A DNA stretch of 64,000 nucleotides. It comes from an uncultured Candidatus Saccharibacteria bacterium (lineage in GTDB: Bacteria > Patescibacteriota > Saccharimonadia > Saccharimonadales > Saccharimonadaceae). Position numbers and translations under genes: made by a program. The stretch lies in contig CAURVP010000002.1 of assembly GCA_963528475.1 (NCBI GenBank), positions 3,187-67,186 of the forward strand, written 5' to 3'. Positions 55,454 through 64,000 of this stretch are shown in pieces. How positions within the stretch are numbered: position 1 is the stretch's first letter; each line of letters starts with the position of its first letter. The notes below the pieces were generated by a model that did not search any database, had not been told where the DNA came from, and was given only the letters and a program-made list of their open reading frames with translations.

Positions 55454-55915
55454 TTGAAAACCTCAGTTTTTACAACTGTTGTGCGAGATGAGGGTCGGGT
55501 TTTTGCAGAGACAACACATTCATTTGCGTTCTTAGCCAACATACCAATTACACCTGGACATAGCTTGGTTGCGCCACGGCGTATTGTTGCGACAGTTGAT
55601 GAGTTGGCACCAGAGGAACTTACTGATTTGTTTGCTTTGGTGAAACAGGTGAAAACTGTACTACGCCAAGCGGTTGGCGCTCAAGGGTTTAACTGCGCTT
55701 GGAATGAGGGTCGTGCCTACGGCCAGTCGGTGCCGCACCTCCACATTCACATTGTGCCACGAACACAAGGTGACGCTGGTATTACTCAATATGAACCACG
55801 CCAGTTCTTGTATCGCCCAGGGAGCCGTGCCGAGTCGCCAACAACTGAGCTGGCTGACCTAGCGCAGCACATGCGAAAAGTAGTAACTGATATAAAGAAC
55901 AACACACAGGAGTAA
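55454..55915 (+). CDS. HIT family hydrolase
   Basis: TTG start 2 nt after the recA stop. Histidine triad HLHIHIVPR. Confidence 0.75.
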   Translation: MKTSVFTTVVRDEGRVFAETTHSFAFLANIPITPGHSLVAPRRIVATVDELAPEELTDLFALVKQVKTVLRQAVGAQGFNCAWNEGRAYGQSVPHLHIHIVPRTQGDAGITQYEPRQFLYRPGSRAESPTTELADLAQHMRKVVTDIKNNTQE

Positions 55916-56467
55916 GTGATGCATAATGATCTATGGCAGAGTTATCGCCCAAATGGAGCGCCAAAACAGGGTGAAGGCCTTGCCCGCAAAGATTTGACCA
56001 AGGATACTATTGTCGCGGCAGCGCATGTTTGGTTGTGGCGGCGTAGTAGTGATGGTGGGTGTGACATATTGCTTCAGCGCCGAGCTGACCAGGTCAAAAA
56101 CTGGCCAGGCTATTGGGATATTTCGACAGCAGGGCACGTGAGCCTTGGTGAAACACCGCTTGATGCGGCACTGCGTGAGGCTCAAGAAGAAATTGGTATG
56201 ACGCTTGATACTTCTCGAGTGAAGTTTATTGGGAGTTTACCAAAGCGCAAATCAGCATATAGCGAGTTTCACTTTGTTTATACTTATGAATATCACGATG
56301 AGCCGCTCGATATGGTTGATGGTGAAGCAGCGGCACTGCGCTGGGTGCCGTATGACACATTCCGTCAGATGATCGAACAGCCAGAAGATGTGATGCTTGT
56401 GCCGCATCGACCACTCTATTTTGCACTGTTAATGGAAGAACTAGGACAAATATTGCGCGAGTCATGA
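55916..56467 (+). CDS. NUDIX hydrolase
   Basis: Nudix box GHVSLGETPLDAALREAQEEIGM. Starts immediately after the HIT stop (GTG 55916 or ATG 55919). Confidence 0.8.
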   Translation: MMHNDLWQSYRPNGAPKQGEGLARKDLTKDTIVAAAHVWLWRRSSDGGCDILLQRRADQVKNWPGYWDISTAGHVSLGETPLDAALREAQEEIGMTLDTSRVKFIGSLPKRKSAYSEFHFVYTYEYHDEPLDMVDGEAAALRWVPYDTFRQMIEQPEDVMLVPHRPLYFALLMEELGQILRES

Positions 56468-56533
56468 AATAGGGGTAGAAAAAAGACCAAGGCAACGAGT
56501 CTAGAGTCGACACTAGAGGAGTAAAGATAAAGC

Positions 56534-57147
56534 ATGGATACCGAAAACCACTCCAGAAACGACACTCCGTTTACCCGGGCAATCATCCTCCATGGACGAC
56601 CAGACTATGACGAGTACTATAATATCCAGGGTGACAGCTCAAGCAACTCTCATTGGTTGCCTTGGCTTCAGCAACAACTCTTGATACGTGGGATACTAAC
56701 GCAAACACCTGAGATGCCTCGCCCATACGAGCCACGCTACGAGGCATGGTGTCAGGAATTTGCTCATCTGCCAGTGGATGAGCGCACATTGCTAGTGGGT
56801 CATAGTTGTGGTGGAGGTTTTTGCTTCGTTGGTTGAGTGAGGGAAACTGCCGTGTTGGCCGGGTCGTACTGGTGGCACCGTGGCTGGATGTTGAGGGAGA
56901 GGCAGGAGATTTCTTTCGCTTTGCACTCGACCGCCAGATAGACCGCAAAGCAGTGCACGACATTGATGTACTCTACTCTACTAATGACTACTCACACCTA
57001 CAAAGCTCCACGGCAAAGCTCCGCCGTGAGCTACCCCAGCTACGCTACCATCGATTTGTCAACTATGGCCACTTCACCTTCAGCGCGATGCAGACGCGAG
57101 CGTTTCCAGAGCTGGTAGAGATTTGTTTAAGAGAGGAGAAGAAATGA
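56534..57147 (+). pseudogene. Alpha/beta serine hydrolase (YdeN/RBBP9-like) split by a frameshift in a T5 run
   Basis: ORFs 56534..56836 and 56806..57147 read as one protein (…LLVGHSCGGGF|LLRWLSEGN…) if the T5 run at 56818-56822 were T6. The GHSCG nucleophile elbow sits just before the break. Confidence 0.6.
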
Positions 57148-58172
57148 CTAAAAATGACGACTTGAAAGACAAAAGTAGCGTGCTAGATGCGCTCCCCACG
57201 ACACAGATTGATATAACGCGCGTAGCGAATCTGCGCGAGATACTCAAAGAGTACGGGCACAAGACTACAGAAATATGTAGCATGCAGCTTGGCTATGATA
57301 ATCATCTCTATGTTTTGCTCTCGAGTAATATTCCAAGGAGAGATGGATGGGCTTGTTTTACAGAAATCAAGGTAGATAGTGTCTTTTCGGTTCTTGAATT
57401 TGTCATTGATTGGGAGAAGGAGGCGGTTAAACAGGTAATACACCTTGACCTTGGTCAGCATTTTATTAATTTTCGCTACGTTCAGCCGATTGGCGATAAG
57501 CTGCTGCTGGTTTGCCCACGGATGGACTATGAGGAGCCGTCTATGAGTAACAACGCAGAGATTGTTGATAGAACTGGCAAGGGGATCATGCTGGGGTGCT
57601 TGGGTGACGCGGTCGGCGGGGTGATTGTCACAGAGAGTAGCGATATCATCACTAGTTATTTTGATGAAGGTGTATATGCGTGGTATAACCCAATCAGTGG
57701 CCTTGGAGTGAGAGTGTGGGATGATAAACTGCGAGAGAACTCTGATAAGATTCCAACGTTCACACGAGATGAAGTCATCTATATGTTCTTTGATGAGTGC
57801 AAGAATTTTTGGTACAAAGATATATCTGATTTTAAGCTAAGAAAGGTTAGTCCAGCAGGTGTATACACAGTATACGAACCTATTAATAGTATGAGAGCTT
57901 TTCTTGCCTATAATAATACTAATAAATTGCTTGCTGATGGAGGGTATGACCAAGAGAATACGTTTTATGTTATTGATGTATCCCCCGCTCGAGATGAGCA
58001 CACACGCCGACCAGCTGTCCTGATTGGACATATGGTACCAGTAGCAAAAATTGATTTTATTTCTAATGGCGAGAACGTCGAGGACATAAATAGCGATCAA
58101 TCAGCCTTTCGTACTAATAAAGCTGTCTTCATCGATGAAGCATATAACATCTATCTCAAAGCATTTCAGTAG
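57144..58172 (+). CDS. Hypothetical protein, AT-rich orphan
   Basis: Start at MTKNDD (ATG 57144), forming an ATGA overlap with the upstream stop. 342 aa. No motif recognised. Confidence 0.55.
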   Translation: MTKNDDLKDKSSVLDALPTTQIDITRVANLREILKEYGHKTTEICSMQLGYDNHLYVLLSSNIPRRDGWACFTEIKVDSVFSVLEFVIDWEKEAVKQVIHLDLGQHFINFRYVQPIGDKLLLVCPRMDYEEPSMSNNAEIVDRTGKGIMLGCLGDAVGGVIVTESSDIITSYFDEGVYAWYNPISGLGVRVWDDKLRENSDKIPTFTRDEVIYMFFDECKNFWYKDISDFKLRKVSPAGVYTVYEPINSMRAFLAYNNTNKLLADGGYDQENTFYVIDVSPARDEHTRRPAVLIGHMVPVAKIDFISNGENVEDINSDQSAFRTNKAVFIDEAYNIYLKAFQ

Positions 58173-58246
58173 TGGGGTTGGCGTAGCTCATTTCTAGAGA
58201 GGTGAGCTAGGTGACATGACTAAATAAATTTGCGTATAATAAATAT

Positions 58247-58918
58247 ATGCCGACAGAAAAAACCTACACCATTACTGCGCTCACTGCACAGGTGCGGAAT
58301 GCCGATCGAGTGAATGTATTTATTGATGGCACGTATGATTTTAGCCTTGATGTGGCGCAGGTGGTGGATTGTGGCGTGAAGGTGGGGCGAATACTAACTG
58401 AAGCCGAGCTGACTGAGCTACGCCACGAGGGGGAGTTTGGTAAGCTCTACGCACGGGCGCTTGAGTACACTCTGATGCGGCCGCACAGTGCGCGCGAAAT
58501 CCGTGACTATCTCCAGCGCAAAACACTGCCACGCAAGTATAGACAACGCAAAACTGGCACGCTGGTTGAGAAGCCTGGTGCTTCACTAGCGGTTGTGCAA
58601 CGGGTGTTTGCGCGTCTTAGGCAGCGTGGTCATATCGATGATGAGGCATTTGCCCAGTGGTGGGTGGAGAATCGCCACCAGAGTAAGGGTGCGTCGCGCC
58701 GCAAGTTGGAGGCAGAACTACGTGCTAAGGGCGTTGCACCGGAGGTGATAAACCAAGCATTAGCGCAGTCGAGGCGGACTGATGAAGACGAGCTAGCTAA
58801 GGTGATTGCTAAAAAACGCCCCCGCTACCCAGACGAGCAAAAGCTTATCGCGTATCTTTTGCGTCAAGGCTTTGCCTATGATGACATCCGAGCCGCTTTG
58901 GCGGGTGATGAATACTGA
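58247..58918 (+). CDS. recX: RecX-like regulator
   Basis: Helical repeat protein with an ALEYTLMRPHSAREIRDYLQRK-type block. TATAAT (58235-58240) lies 6 nt before the ATG. Confidence 0.75.
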   Translation: MPTEKTYTITALTAQVRNADRVNVFIDGTYDFSLDVAQVVDCGVKVGRILTEAELTELRHEGEFGKLYARALEYTLMRPHSAREIRDYLQRKTLPRKYRQRKTGTLVEKPGASLAVVQRVFARLRQRGHIDDEAFAQWWVENRHQSKGASRRKLEAELRAKGVAPEVINQALAQSRRTDEDELAKVIAKKRPRYPDEQKLIAYLLRQGFAYDDIRAALAGDEY

Positions 58919-58924
58919 TGTGTG

Positions 58925-59527
58925 TTAGCGACGTTCGTCGCTCTTAATTGATTCTCGGGCTTGCGATGGCTTACGGAAGGGGTTGACGTATTCGCCACTA
59001 CTCATGGCCGGTTGGGTGGCCTTTTGCTCGGACTTTTTGGTCTCAGCCTGCGACTGGACAATGATAGCATCGTTATTGATCTCGATAATTTGCGACCGAT
59101 GGATAACCAGCTCAGCATCATTGAGGCGGTGGAGCCACGAGCGTCGGACGATGAGCTGCTGGATGACAAAATTACCCGTCTCGATCGTATAGTCGCTAAT
59201 CTTACCGAGGCGTCGCCCGCGCTTGTCTTGGACGGGCATACCCAAAAGGTGAAACTTGAGCTCGTAGAGGCGCTGGATCTTGATGACGTCGGTAGGGGTG
59301 ATGAGTTCGTCGACAGAGTCGATGATCATGCCGAGTTCACTCATCTCACGTACATCAGCGAGGCGGAGCAGCATGGTTGTGTCGTTAGCAAATGAGCCAT
59401 CTACGGTGTAGGCAACGATGGTTAAGGTTGCTGGATCGACAAGCGGCTGGGCTAGGCTGCCAACTTTGCCGCCCATTTGTAAGCTCATCACGGGATAGTT
59501 GGCGAGTGCAGATCCGAGCAGTATCAT
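58925..59527 (-). CDS. PRC-barrel domain protein (two repeats)
   Basis: Start set at MILLGSALANYPVMSL. Two similar beta-barrel-like halves (…PVMSLQMGGKVG… / …GMPVQDKRGRRLGKI…). Confidence 0.5.
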   Translation of the reverse strand: MILLGSALANYPVMSLQMGGKVGSLAQPLVDPATLTIVAYTVDGSFANDTTMLLRLADVREMSELGMIIDSVDELITPTDVIKIQRLYELKFHLLGMPVQDKRGRRLGKISDYTIETGNFVIQQLIVRRSWLHRLNDAELVIHRSQIIEINNDAIIVQSQAETKKSEQKATQPAMSSGEYVNPFRKPSQARESIKSDERR

Positions 59528-59580
59528 ATGTGTAGTATAGCATTGCGCCGCAAAAAGCTCCACTACGGCTGTAAAAAATG

Positions 59581-59865
59581 TTACTCAACAAATGGGTTAC
59601 GCGAGCTAATCGGTAGTTGGCTGGCGCTTTGGTCGGATTCGCTGGCGGTTTTGAGTTGCTCGATTTTTTTGATGGTCGCTTGGTCGATACCATTAGTGGG
59701 CTGGGGTGGAGCAGCCTCTGACGCCTTGGAGATGGTGGCATTAAGCAAGAAGGTAATAACAGCTAAGCCGCCGAAGGCAATAACGACAAAGAGAATAATG
59801 TGGTAGCGGTGGAGAAATTTACTACTGGCGCGCCCAAGCGCGGCGAGTGAGAGATCGCTGTTCAT
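59581..59865 (-). CDS. Small single-pass membrane protein, last gene of the pilMNO block
   Basis: 94 aa with one TM helix. Overlaps the upstream stop by 4 nt. Confidence 0.5.
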   Translation of the reverse strand: MNSDLSLAALGRASSKFLHRYHIILFVVIAFGGLAVITFLLNATISKASEAAPPQPTNGIDQATIKKIEQLKTASESDQSASQLPISSRNPFVE

Positions 59866-60503
59866 GATCGGAGATATACCTCGATGGTTAATGTGTTGCT
59901 AGTAATACTATCGGGTGGCTGGCCCTGAGCGGTGCTGCGCGAGAGGTCAACATTGGCTATGCGCATCTTTGTCAGGCTTTGCTCGACGAGATACATGAAG
60001 GTGAGAAGTTTGCGATACTCGACGGGATTCTTGACGGTGACAGATGCAGTAGTCGCTTTGAGTCCGGCAATAGTAGGCAGGGATGTGCCTGTCTTGCTGC
60101 TACTCGATGAGCTACTTGACGAATTGCTCGATGAGCCGCCCTTGGCATTGTTATCGGCAAAGGTGATGTCTGAAATAGTAATGCCAGCTTTGCGGGCAAA
60201 GTCGTTAAGGTCGTTGATAATCTGATCCTGATATTGGTAGCTTTTACTTTCGGCAGCGATCTTGGAGGCGCGCTCGACGGCATGATGCTGCGTTTTGAGC
60301 ATCTTTTCGGTCTGGGAGAGCTCTTGCAGTTCAGACTCACTGGCGGCAGCGTGCGAGGCAACAGTGCTAGCATCGGCCGCAAAGCCATCAAGCCAGTTGT
60401 AGGCAAGGGTAAAACCACCGGCTCCAATTGCAGTAATAACTACTAGCGACACGGCAAGGATAATCCGGAGGTTTGTCGCCGTTAGCGTGAATTTTTTGCT
60501 CAT
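59862..60503 (-). CDS. PilO-like pilus assembly membrane protein
   Basis: N-terminal TM helix, then a coiled-coil, then a Ser-rich linker. Overlaps pilN by 4 nt. Assigned by position and architecture. Confidence 0.5.
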   Translation of the reverse strand: MSKKFTLTATNLRIILAVSLVVITAIGAGGFTLAYNWLDGFAADASTVASHAAASESELQELSQTEKMLKTQHHAVERASKIAAESKSYQYQDQIINDLNDFARKAGITISDITFADNNAKGGSSSNSSSSSSSSSKTGTSLPTIAGLKATTASVTVKNPVEYRKLLTFMYLVEQSLTKMRIANVDLSRSTAQGQPPDSITSNTLTIEVYLRS

Positions 60504-61066
60504 TGTTGGCCGATTCCTTTCTTGAATGTGACACTGTAGGTTGAGGTGTAGGGATAACTACCGGCGTCTTTGTCTTGCAGTGTGATGGATTGGAAGCTGA
60601 CACTGGAGAAGATGGCGGAGTCATTGAGGCGGTTGCGTAGAGCAATAGCATCGTTGTAGCCTTTGGCGCGGATACTCAGCGTAGTGGGGGTGCCAAAGGT
60701 GGTTGGGTCAATATTAAGCTGCTCGATGATAACGTTGGGCGGAAGGCGATCGGCAATAAGCTTGATGAGGCGGGTGTACGAGACCTGTTGGTCGAGGATG
60801 GCTTTGGCAGTGGTAAGGTTAGCTTTGAACTCAGTAGCCTCACGCTTGACGGTGGCGTATTCGGCAGTTTTGTTGTGGTTACGCTCTACGGCGGCTTGGT
60901 TGCGGCTACGCTCGGTTGCGATGAAAAAGTACACGCCGCCAATTTCAGCCAAAACGATAAAGACTAAGACAAACAGGAGCACGACATAGCGGCGCAGCAA
61001 GGTGTTGGTGCGGCTCGCAGTGAGCTGCTTTTTATACGCTGGTGGCAATAGATTAATCATTTCCAA
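60500..61066 (-). CDS. pilN: PilN-like fimbrial assembly protein
   Basis: MEMINLLP start, a single TM helix, and a periplasmic alpha/beta domain. Overlaps pilM by 10 nt. Confidence 0.7.
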   Translation of the reverse strand: MEMINLLPPAYKKQLTASRTNTLLRRYVVLLFVLVFIVLAEIGGVYFFIATERSRNQAAVERNHNKTAEYATVKREATEFKANLTTAKAILDQQVSYTRLIKLIADRLPPNVIIEQLNIDPTTFGTPTTLSIRAKGYNDAIALRNRLNDSAIFSSVSFQSITLQDKDAGSYPYTSTYSVTFKKGIGQQ

Positions 61067-62115
61067 ATCTCCCCACTACTAAGGCTAGCCAGGCCTGCAA
61101 CACTGATATACCGAGGCCGAAACTGCTTTTGTGGCTGCTGGAGCTTGCCAAAGTCGAGCTTTTGCCATGGATTAACGACGCGCACTGGCATGACGAGGTC
61201 GTTGGTGAAGAAGTCACCCATGCCTGGTACATTGCTACCACCACCGACGATGACGATTTGCTCGATCTTACGTTCATCGCCAATCCGGTCGTTATAATAG
61301 CGGATCACTTTGCGAATTTCGGTGCTAATGCGCTTGAGGCTTGGTTTGAGTGCCTCAGTGATGCCAGCTTGGCGTGGCCCAGGCGAGAGGCCATTGAGCA
61401 CCTTGAGCTGGTGGGCATTCTCGAGTGTGATGTTAAGATGCTTCGAGATATCGATGGTGAAGGTATTACCGCCAATTGCCACCCCACCAGTGAGGCGGAC
61501 GGCGCTTTTATCTAGCACAGCGATATCGGTACTCGCTGGGCCAATATCGACGACGAGTGTGAGAAGGTTGCCAGCATCAGCGCTATCGAGCACGCGCGCA
61601 ATAGCGTTGATATTGGGCTCAACAACCACTGGCACGAGTCCCACCGCTTCGGCTGCTTGCAAACAAGCGTCGACCAGCTGCTTAGGCACGGCCGACATCA
61701 CGACGTTGAGCTGCTCTTTGGTGTGCTCGATCACTTCATAATCAACGTAAAGTGAATCGAGCGGCAAGGGGATATACTGATCGACCTCTACCTGGATAGC
61801 GCCATCGAGGTGTGCTGCCTCTTTGGCTGGGATCATGAAGGTGCGCGAGTAGGTGCGACTAGTCGGCACGCCAATCACCACGTGGTCGCTACCGAGGTTG
61901 CCAATGAGATGTTCGTTGATGAGTGAGCTGAGGCGCTCGGCCAGGTAGGAGTCATCAGGGTTGTCGAGGGACGTTTGGACTTCCTTTGGGTCAAGGTCGA
62001 GCGAACCATAGCCCAGTACGAGCCAGCGCTTGGAGTCGATCGACATGATTTTGATGCCTGTCTGACTAATGTCGAGACCAATGATTGGTTTGTCGCGATA
62101 AAATAACTTTGCCAT
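61057..62115 (-). CDS. pilM: Type IV pilus assembly protein PilM (actin-like ATPase fold)
   Basis: IIGLDISQTGIKIMSI, VDIGPASTDIAV and IVIVGGGSNVPG blocks. TGcTATAAT (minus) lies at 62134-62142. Confidence 0.85.
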   Translation of the reverse strand: MAKLFYRDKPIIGLDISQTGIKIMSIDSKRWLVLGYGSLDLDPKEVQTSLDNPDDSYLAERLSSLINEHLIGNLGSDHVVIGVPTSRTYSRTFMIPAKEAAHLDGAIQVEVDQYIPLPLDSLYVDYEVIEHTKEQLNVVMSAVPKQLVDACLQAAEAVGLVPVVVEPNINAIARVLDSADAGNLLTLVVDIGPASTDIAVLDKSAVRLTGGVAIGGNTFTIDISKHLNITLENAHQLKVLNGLSPGPRQAGITEALKPSLKRISTEIRKVIRYYNDRIGDERKIEQIVIVGGGSNVPGMGDFFTNDLVMPVRVVNPWQKLDFGKLQQPQKQFRPRYISVAGLASLSSGEIWK

Positions 62116-62312
62116 GATACGTTCGTTTCCGTCATTATAGCATAAGCGATATGATAAACGCTAGCGTTTTGAGGAGGATTGTCATGGATCGGTAGACTGT
62201 TGCGCGTGGTGTGACGATGGTAGGGAGGGCAGGCTGATACAAAGCTGGTATAGCTGTAGATTTACCAGGTAATTAGTGGTTGAAACGCTGACGGAGAATA
62301 GGGAATCTAGCC

Positions 62313-63530
62313 TTACTTAATCTGGTTTGCCATATTCGAGATTGGCAACATCACCGAGGCGGCAATGAGCCCAACCATGCCGCCCATGATGACGATCATG
62401 ACGGGCTCGATGATGGAGCTGATGCCATCGATCGCGACGTCCACTTCCTCCTCATAATAATCTGCCACCTTTACAAGCACGGTATCGGTCTGGCCAGTCT
62501 CTTCGCCAACGGAGAGCATTTGCGCTACGATGGGTGGGAAGAGTGGATTTTTTTCGATGATGCTTGAGAGGTTGCGCCCATTTTTGACTTGCTCGGCAGC
62601 ATCATTGAGGGCATTTTCGTAGACTTTGTTACCCACTGCCCGGGCAGTCACGCGGAGGGATTCGAGTACTGCTACTCCCGACCCCATCAACGCCGAGAAC
62701 GTGCGAGCAAAGCGAGCAACGGCGATCTTAGTGATGATATCGTTGATTTTTGGTATTTTGAGAATGATGGTGTGGAGCCAGAGTTTGCCTGCTGGTGTCT
62801 TGATATAGCGGCGGAAGAAGTATATCCCCGCACCGAGCGCAGCAATGATAAAGATCCCATATTGGATGATAAACGCGCTCAGTCCAAGCATAAACTCGGT
62901 AATAGCGGGTAATTTGGCGTCCGGTCCGCCGAGGCCGCGCACAATGCTGCCGATTTGCGGAATAACAAAGATCATCAAGCCAAAAAAGGCAGCAATGGTG
63001 ATAACGATGAGCACGGTAGGGTATGTCATGGCGCTTTTGATCTTTTTGCGCATACTGGCGTTTTTTTCTTGTTGCATGGCCAGGCGCTTGAGGATATCAT
63101 CGAGAATACCAGCCGCCTCGCCCGCGCGTACCATGTTAATAAAAACGGTGTTGAAGGTCTCTGGGTGCTTTTCGAGTGCGTCGGCGAGTGCCATACCGCC
63201 CTCGACATCGCGTAGCAGGTCGCCTGTCACCATTTGGAGGGCTTTACTACTGGTGTGGTCGTGCAGCGAACCCATGGCGCGCAGCAACGGCACACCAGCC
63301 GACACCATGGCACTGAGCTGGCGGGTAAACATCACCAAATCCTCACTCTTGACCTTGTTGCCACCAAAGAGAGCAAAGCTGGCGCGCTTTGGCTTGACCT
63401 CTTCAGCACTAATTGGTCGCAGGCCTTGACGGCTCAAGCTGGCTAGGGCGCTGGCGCGATCGGGAGCGTCGATCGTTCCATTGATGGAGTCGTTTTTGTT
63501 CGTGATGGCGATGTAGCGAAATTGTGGCAT
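62313..63530 (-). CDS. pilC: Type IV pilus platform protein PilC (T2SS F family)
   Basis: Two GspF-type repeats with 3 TM helices. 405 aa. Confidence 0.9.
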   Translation of the reverse strand: MPQFRYIAITNKNDSINGTIDAPDRASALASLSRQGLRPISAEEVKPKRASFALFGGNKVKSEDLVMFTRQLSAMVSAGVPLLRAMGSLHDHTSSKALQMVTGDLLRDVEGGMALADALEKHPETFNTVFINMVRAGEAAGILDDILKRLAMQQEKNASMRKKIKSAMTYPTVLIVITIAAFFGLMIFVIPQIGSIVRGLGGPDAKLPAITEFMLGLSAFIIQYGIFIIAALGAGIYFFRRYIKTPAGKLWLHTIILKIPKINDIITKIAVARFARTFSALMGSGVAVLESLRVTARAVGNKVYENALNDAAEQVKNGRNLSSIIEKNPLFPPIVAQMLSVGEETGQTDTVLVKVADYYEEEVDVAIDGISSIIEPVMIVIMGGMVGLIAASVMLPISNMANQIK

Positions 63531-63531
63531 G

Positions 63532-64000
63532 TTATTCCTTTGTGACGCGGAGCACTTCTTCTACAGTGGTGTTGCCGCGGATTGCTTTTATTAATCCATC
63601 GGTGAGCATAGTGGTCATCCCCTCGGCGACGGCTTGGTCTTGGATTTCGTTGCTGGTATTGCCGCCGATAATCATCTTTTGGATTTCGCGCGAAGTGCCG
63701 AGGACTTCGTAGATGCCCACCCGACCCTTGAAGCCGGTGTGATTACACTCATCGCAGCCGTTTGGGTTTGGCTGCCAGAGGGCGGCGATAGTGGTGTCCG
63801 TCGTGCCCCAGGGTGTCTCACCGCCGACTTTTTGGACGATAGCCTGGGCTTCAAGTTGGTGGATGTAATAGAAATTTTGACCTGGTGCAAGGTGGAAGAG
63901 GCGGACGATTTCCGCGACTTCTGTTTGGTCGGGTTCATAACTCTGGCGGCAGTTCATACAGAGGCGGCGCACCAAGCGCTGGCCTACCACGGCCTTAACG
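63532..64000 (-). CDS. pilB: PilB/GspE-type assembly ATPase, C-terminal part (runs off the window)
   Basis: VGQRLVRRLCMNCRQ...CDECNHTGFKGRVGIYEVL is the tetracysteine C-terminal domain of GspE/PilB. The reading frame is open to position 64000. Confidence 0.85.
   Translation of the reverse strand, partial: VKAVVGQRLVRRLCMNCRQSYEPDQTEVAEIVRLFHLAPGQNFYYIHQLEAQAIVQKVGGETPWGTTDTTIAALWQPNPNGCDECNHTGFKGRVGIYEVLGTSREIQKMIIGGNTSNEIQDQAVAEGMTTMLTDGLIKAIRGNTTVEEVLRVTKE

Noticed and set aside
60085-60140. Ser-run coding stretch in the PilO-like gene, considered as a slipped-strand contingency tract
   Set aside because: The serines are encoded by mixed AGC/TCG/AGT/TCA codons, not a pure mono-, di- or trinucleotide repeat. 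Slippage-based phase variation is therefore unlikely.

Overview
This 64 kb window is densely coding, uses the standard genetic code (TGA is a stop), and looks like a reduced-genome, Gram-positive-like bacterium. The gene content fits a Saccharibacteria/CPR-type organism: a type IV pilus operon, comEC, a rhamnose glycopolymer locus, and many leaderless-looking genes. That placement is an impression and was not tested by any search.

Layout:
- 0.4-19.6 kb: cell-envelope glycan locus. It holds rmlA/B/C/D plus a second RmlD paralog, galE, glmS, a GacI/GacJ-like pair, GT2/GT4/GT8 transferases, a Wzx-like flippase, a priming phosphotransferase, a Wzy_C-like protein and a DUF2142-like protein.
- 19.6-34 kb: mixed genes. 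These are a LexA-N-domain-only protein, a serine hydrolase, tRNA-Asn, a deacetylase / HD-DUF1152-like / EEP operon, an orphan Pnkp-like kinase-phosphatase-ligase, a two-component permease, radC and dnaJ.
- 34.3-39.8 kb: the most unusual block. It is a four-gene cassette of a DUF1704/MATCAP-like metallocarboxypeptidase, an ATP-grasp ligase, a degenerate ATP-grasp fused to a RimB-like retropepsin, and RimK.
- 40-59 kb: housekeeping and recombination genes (yebC, comEC, tRNA-Lys, ruvC, PBP1A, ruvA, ruvB, recA, recX) interleaved with small accessory genes. The accessory genes include HD-like paralogs, 2 HIT, a Nudix, a frameshifted hydrolase and AT-rich orphans.
- 59-64 kb: pilB(partial)-pilC-pilM-pilN-pilO-like operon on the minus strand.

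No rRNA, CRISPR array, transposase or integrase was seen. All family names come from motif recognition and memory. No database search was run.
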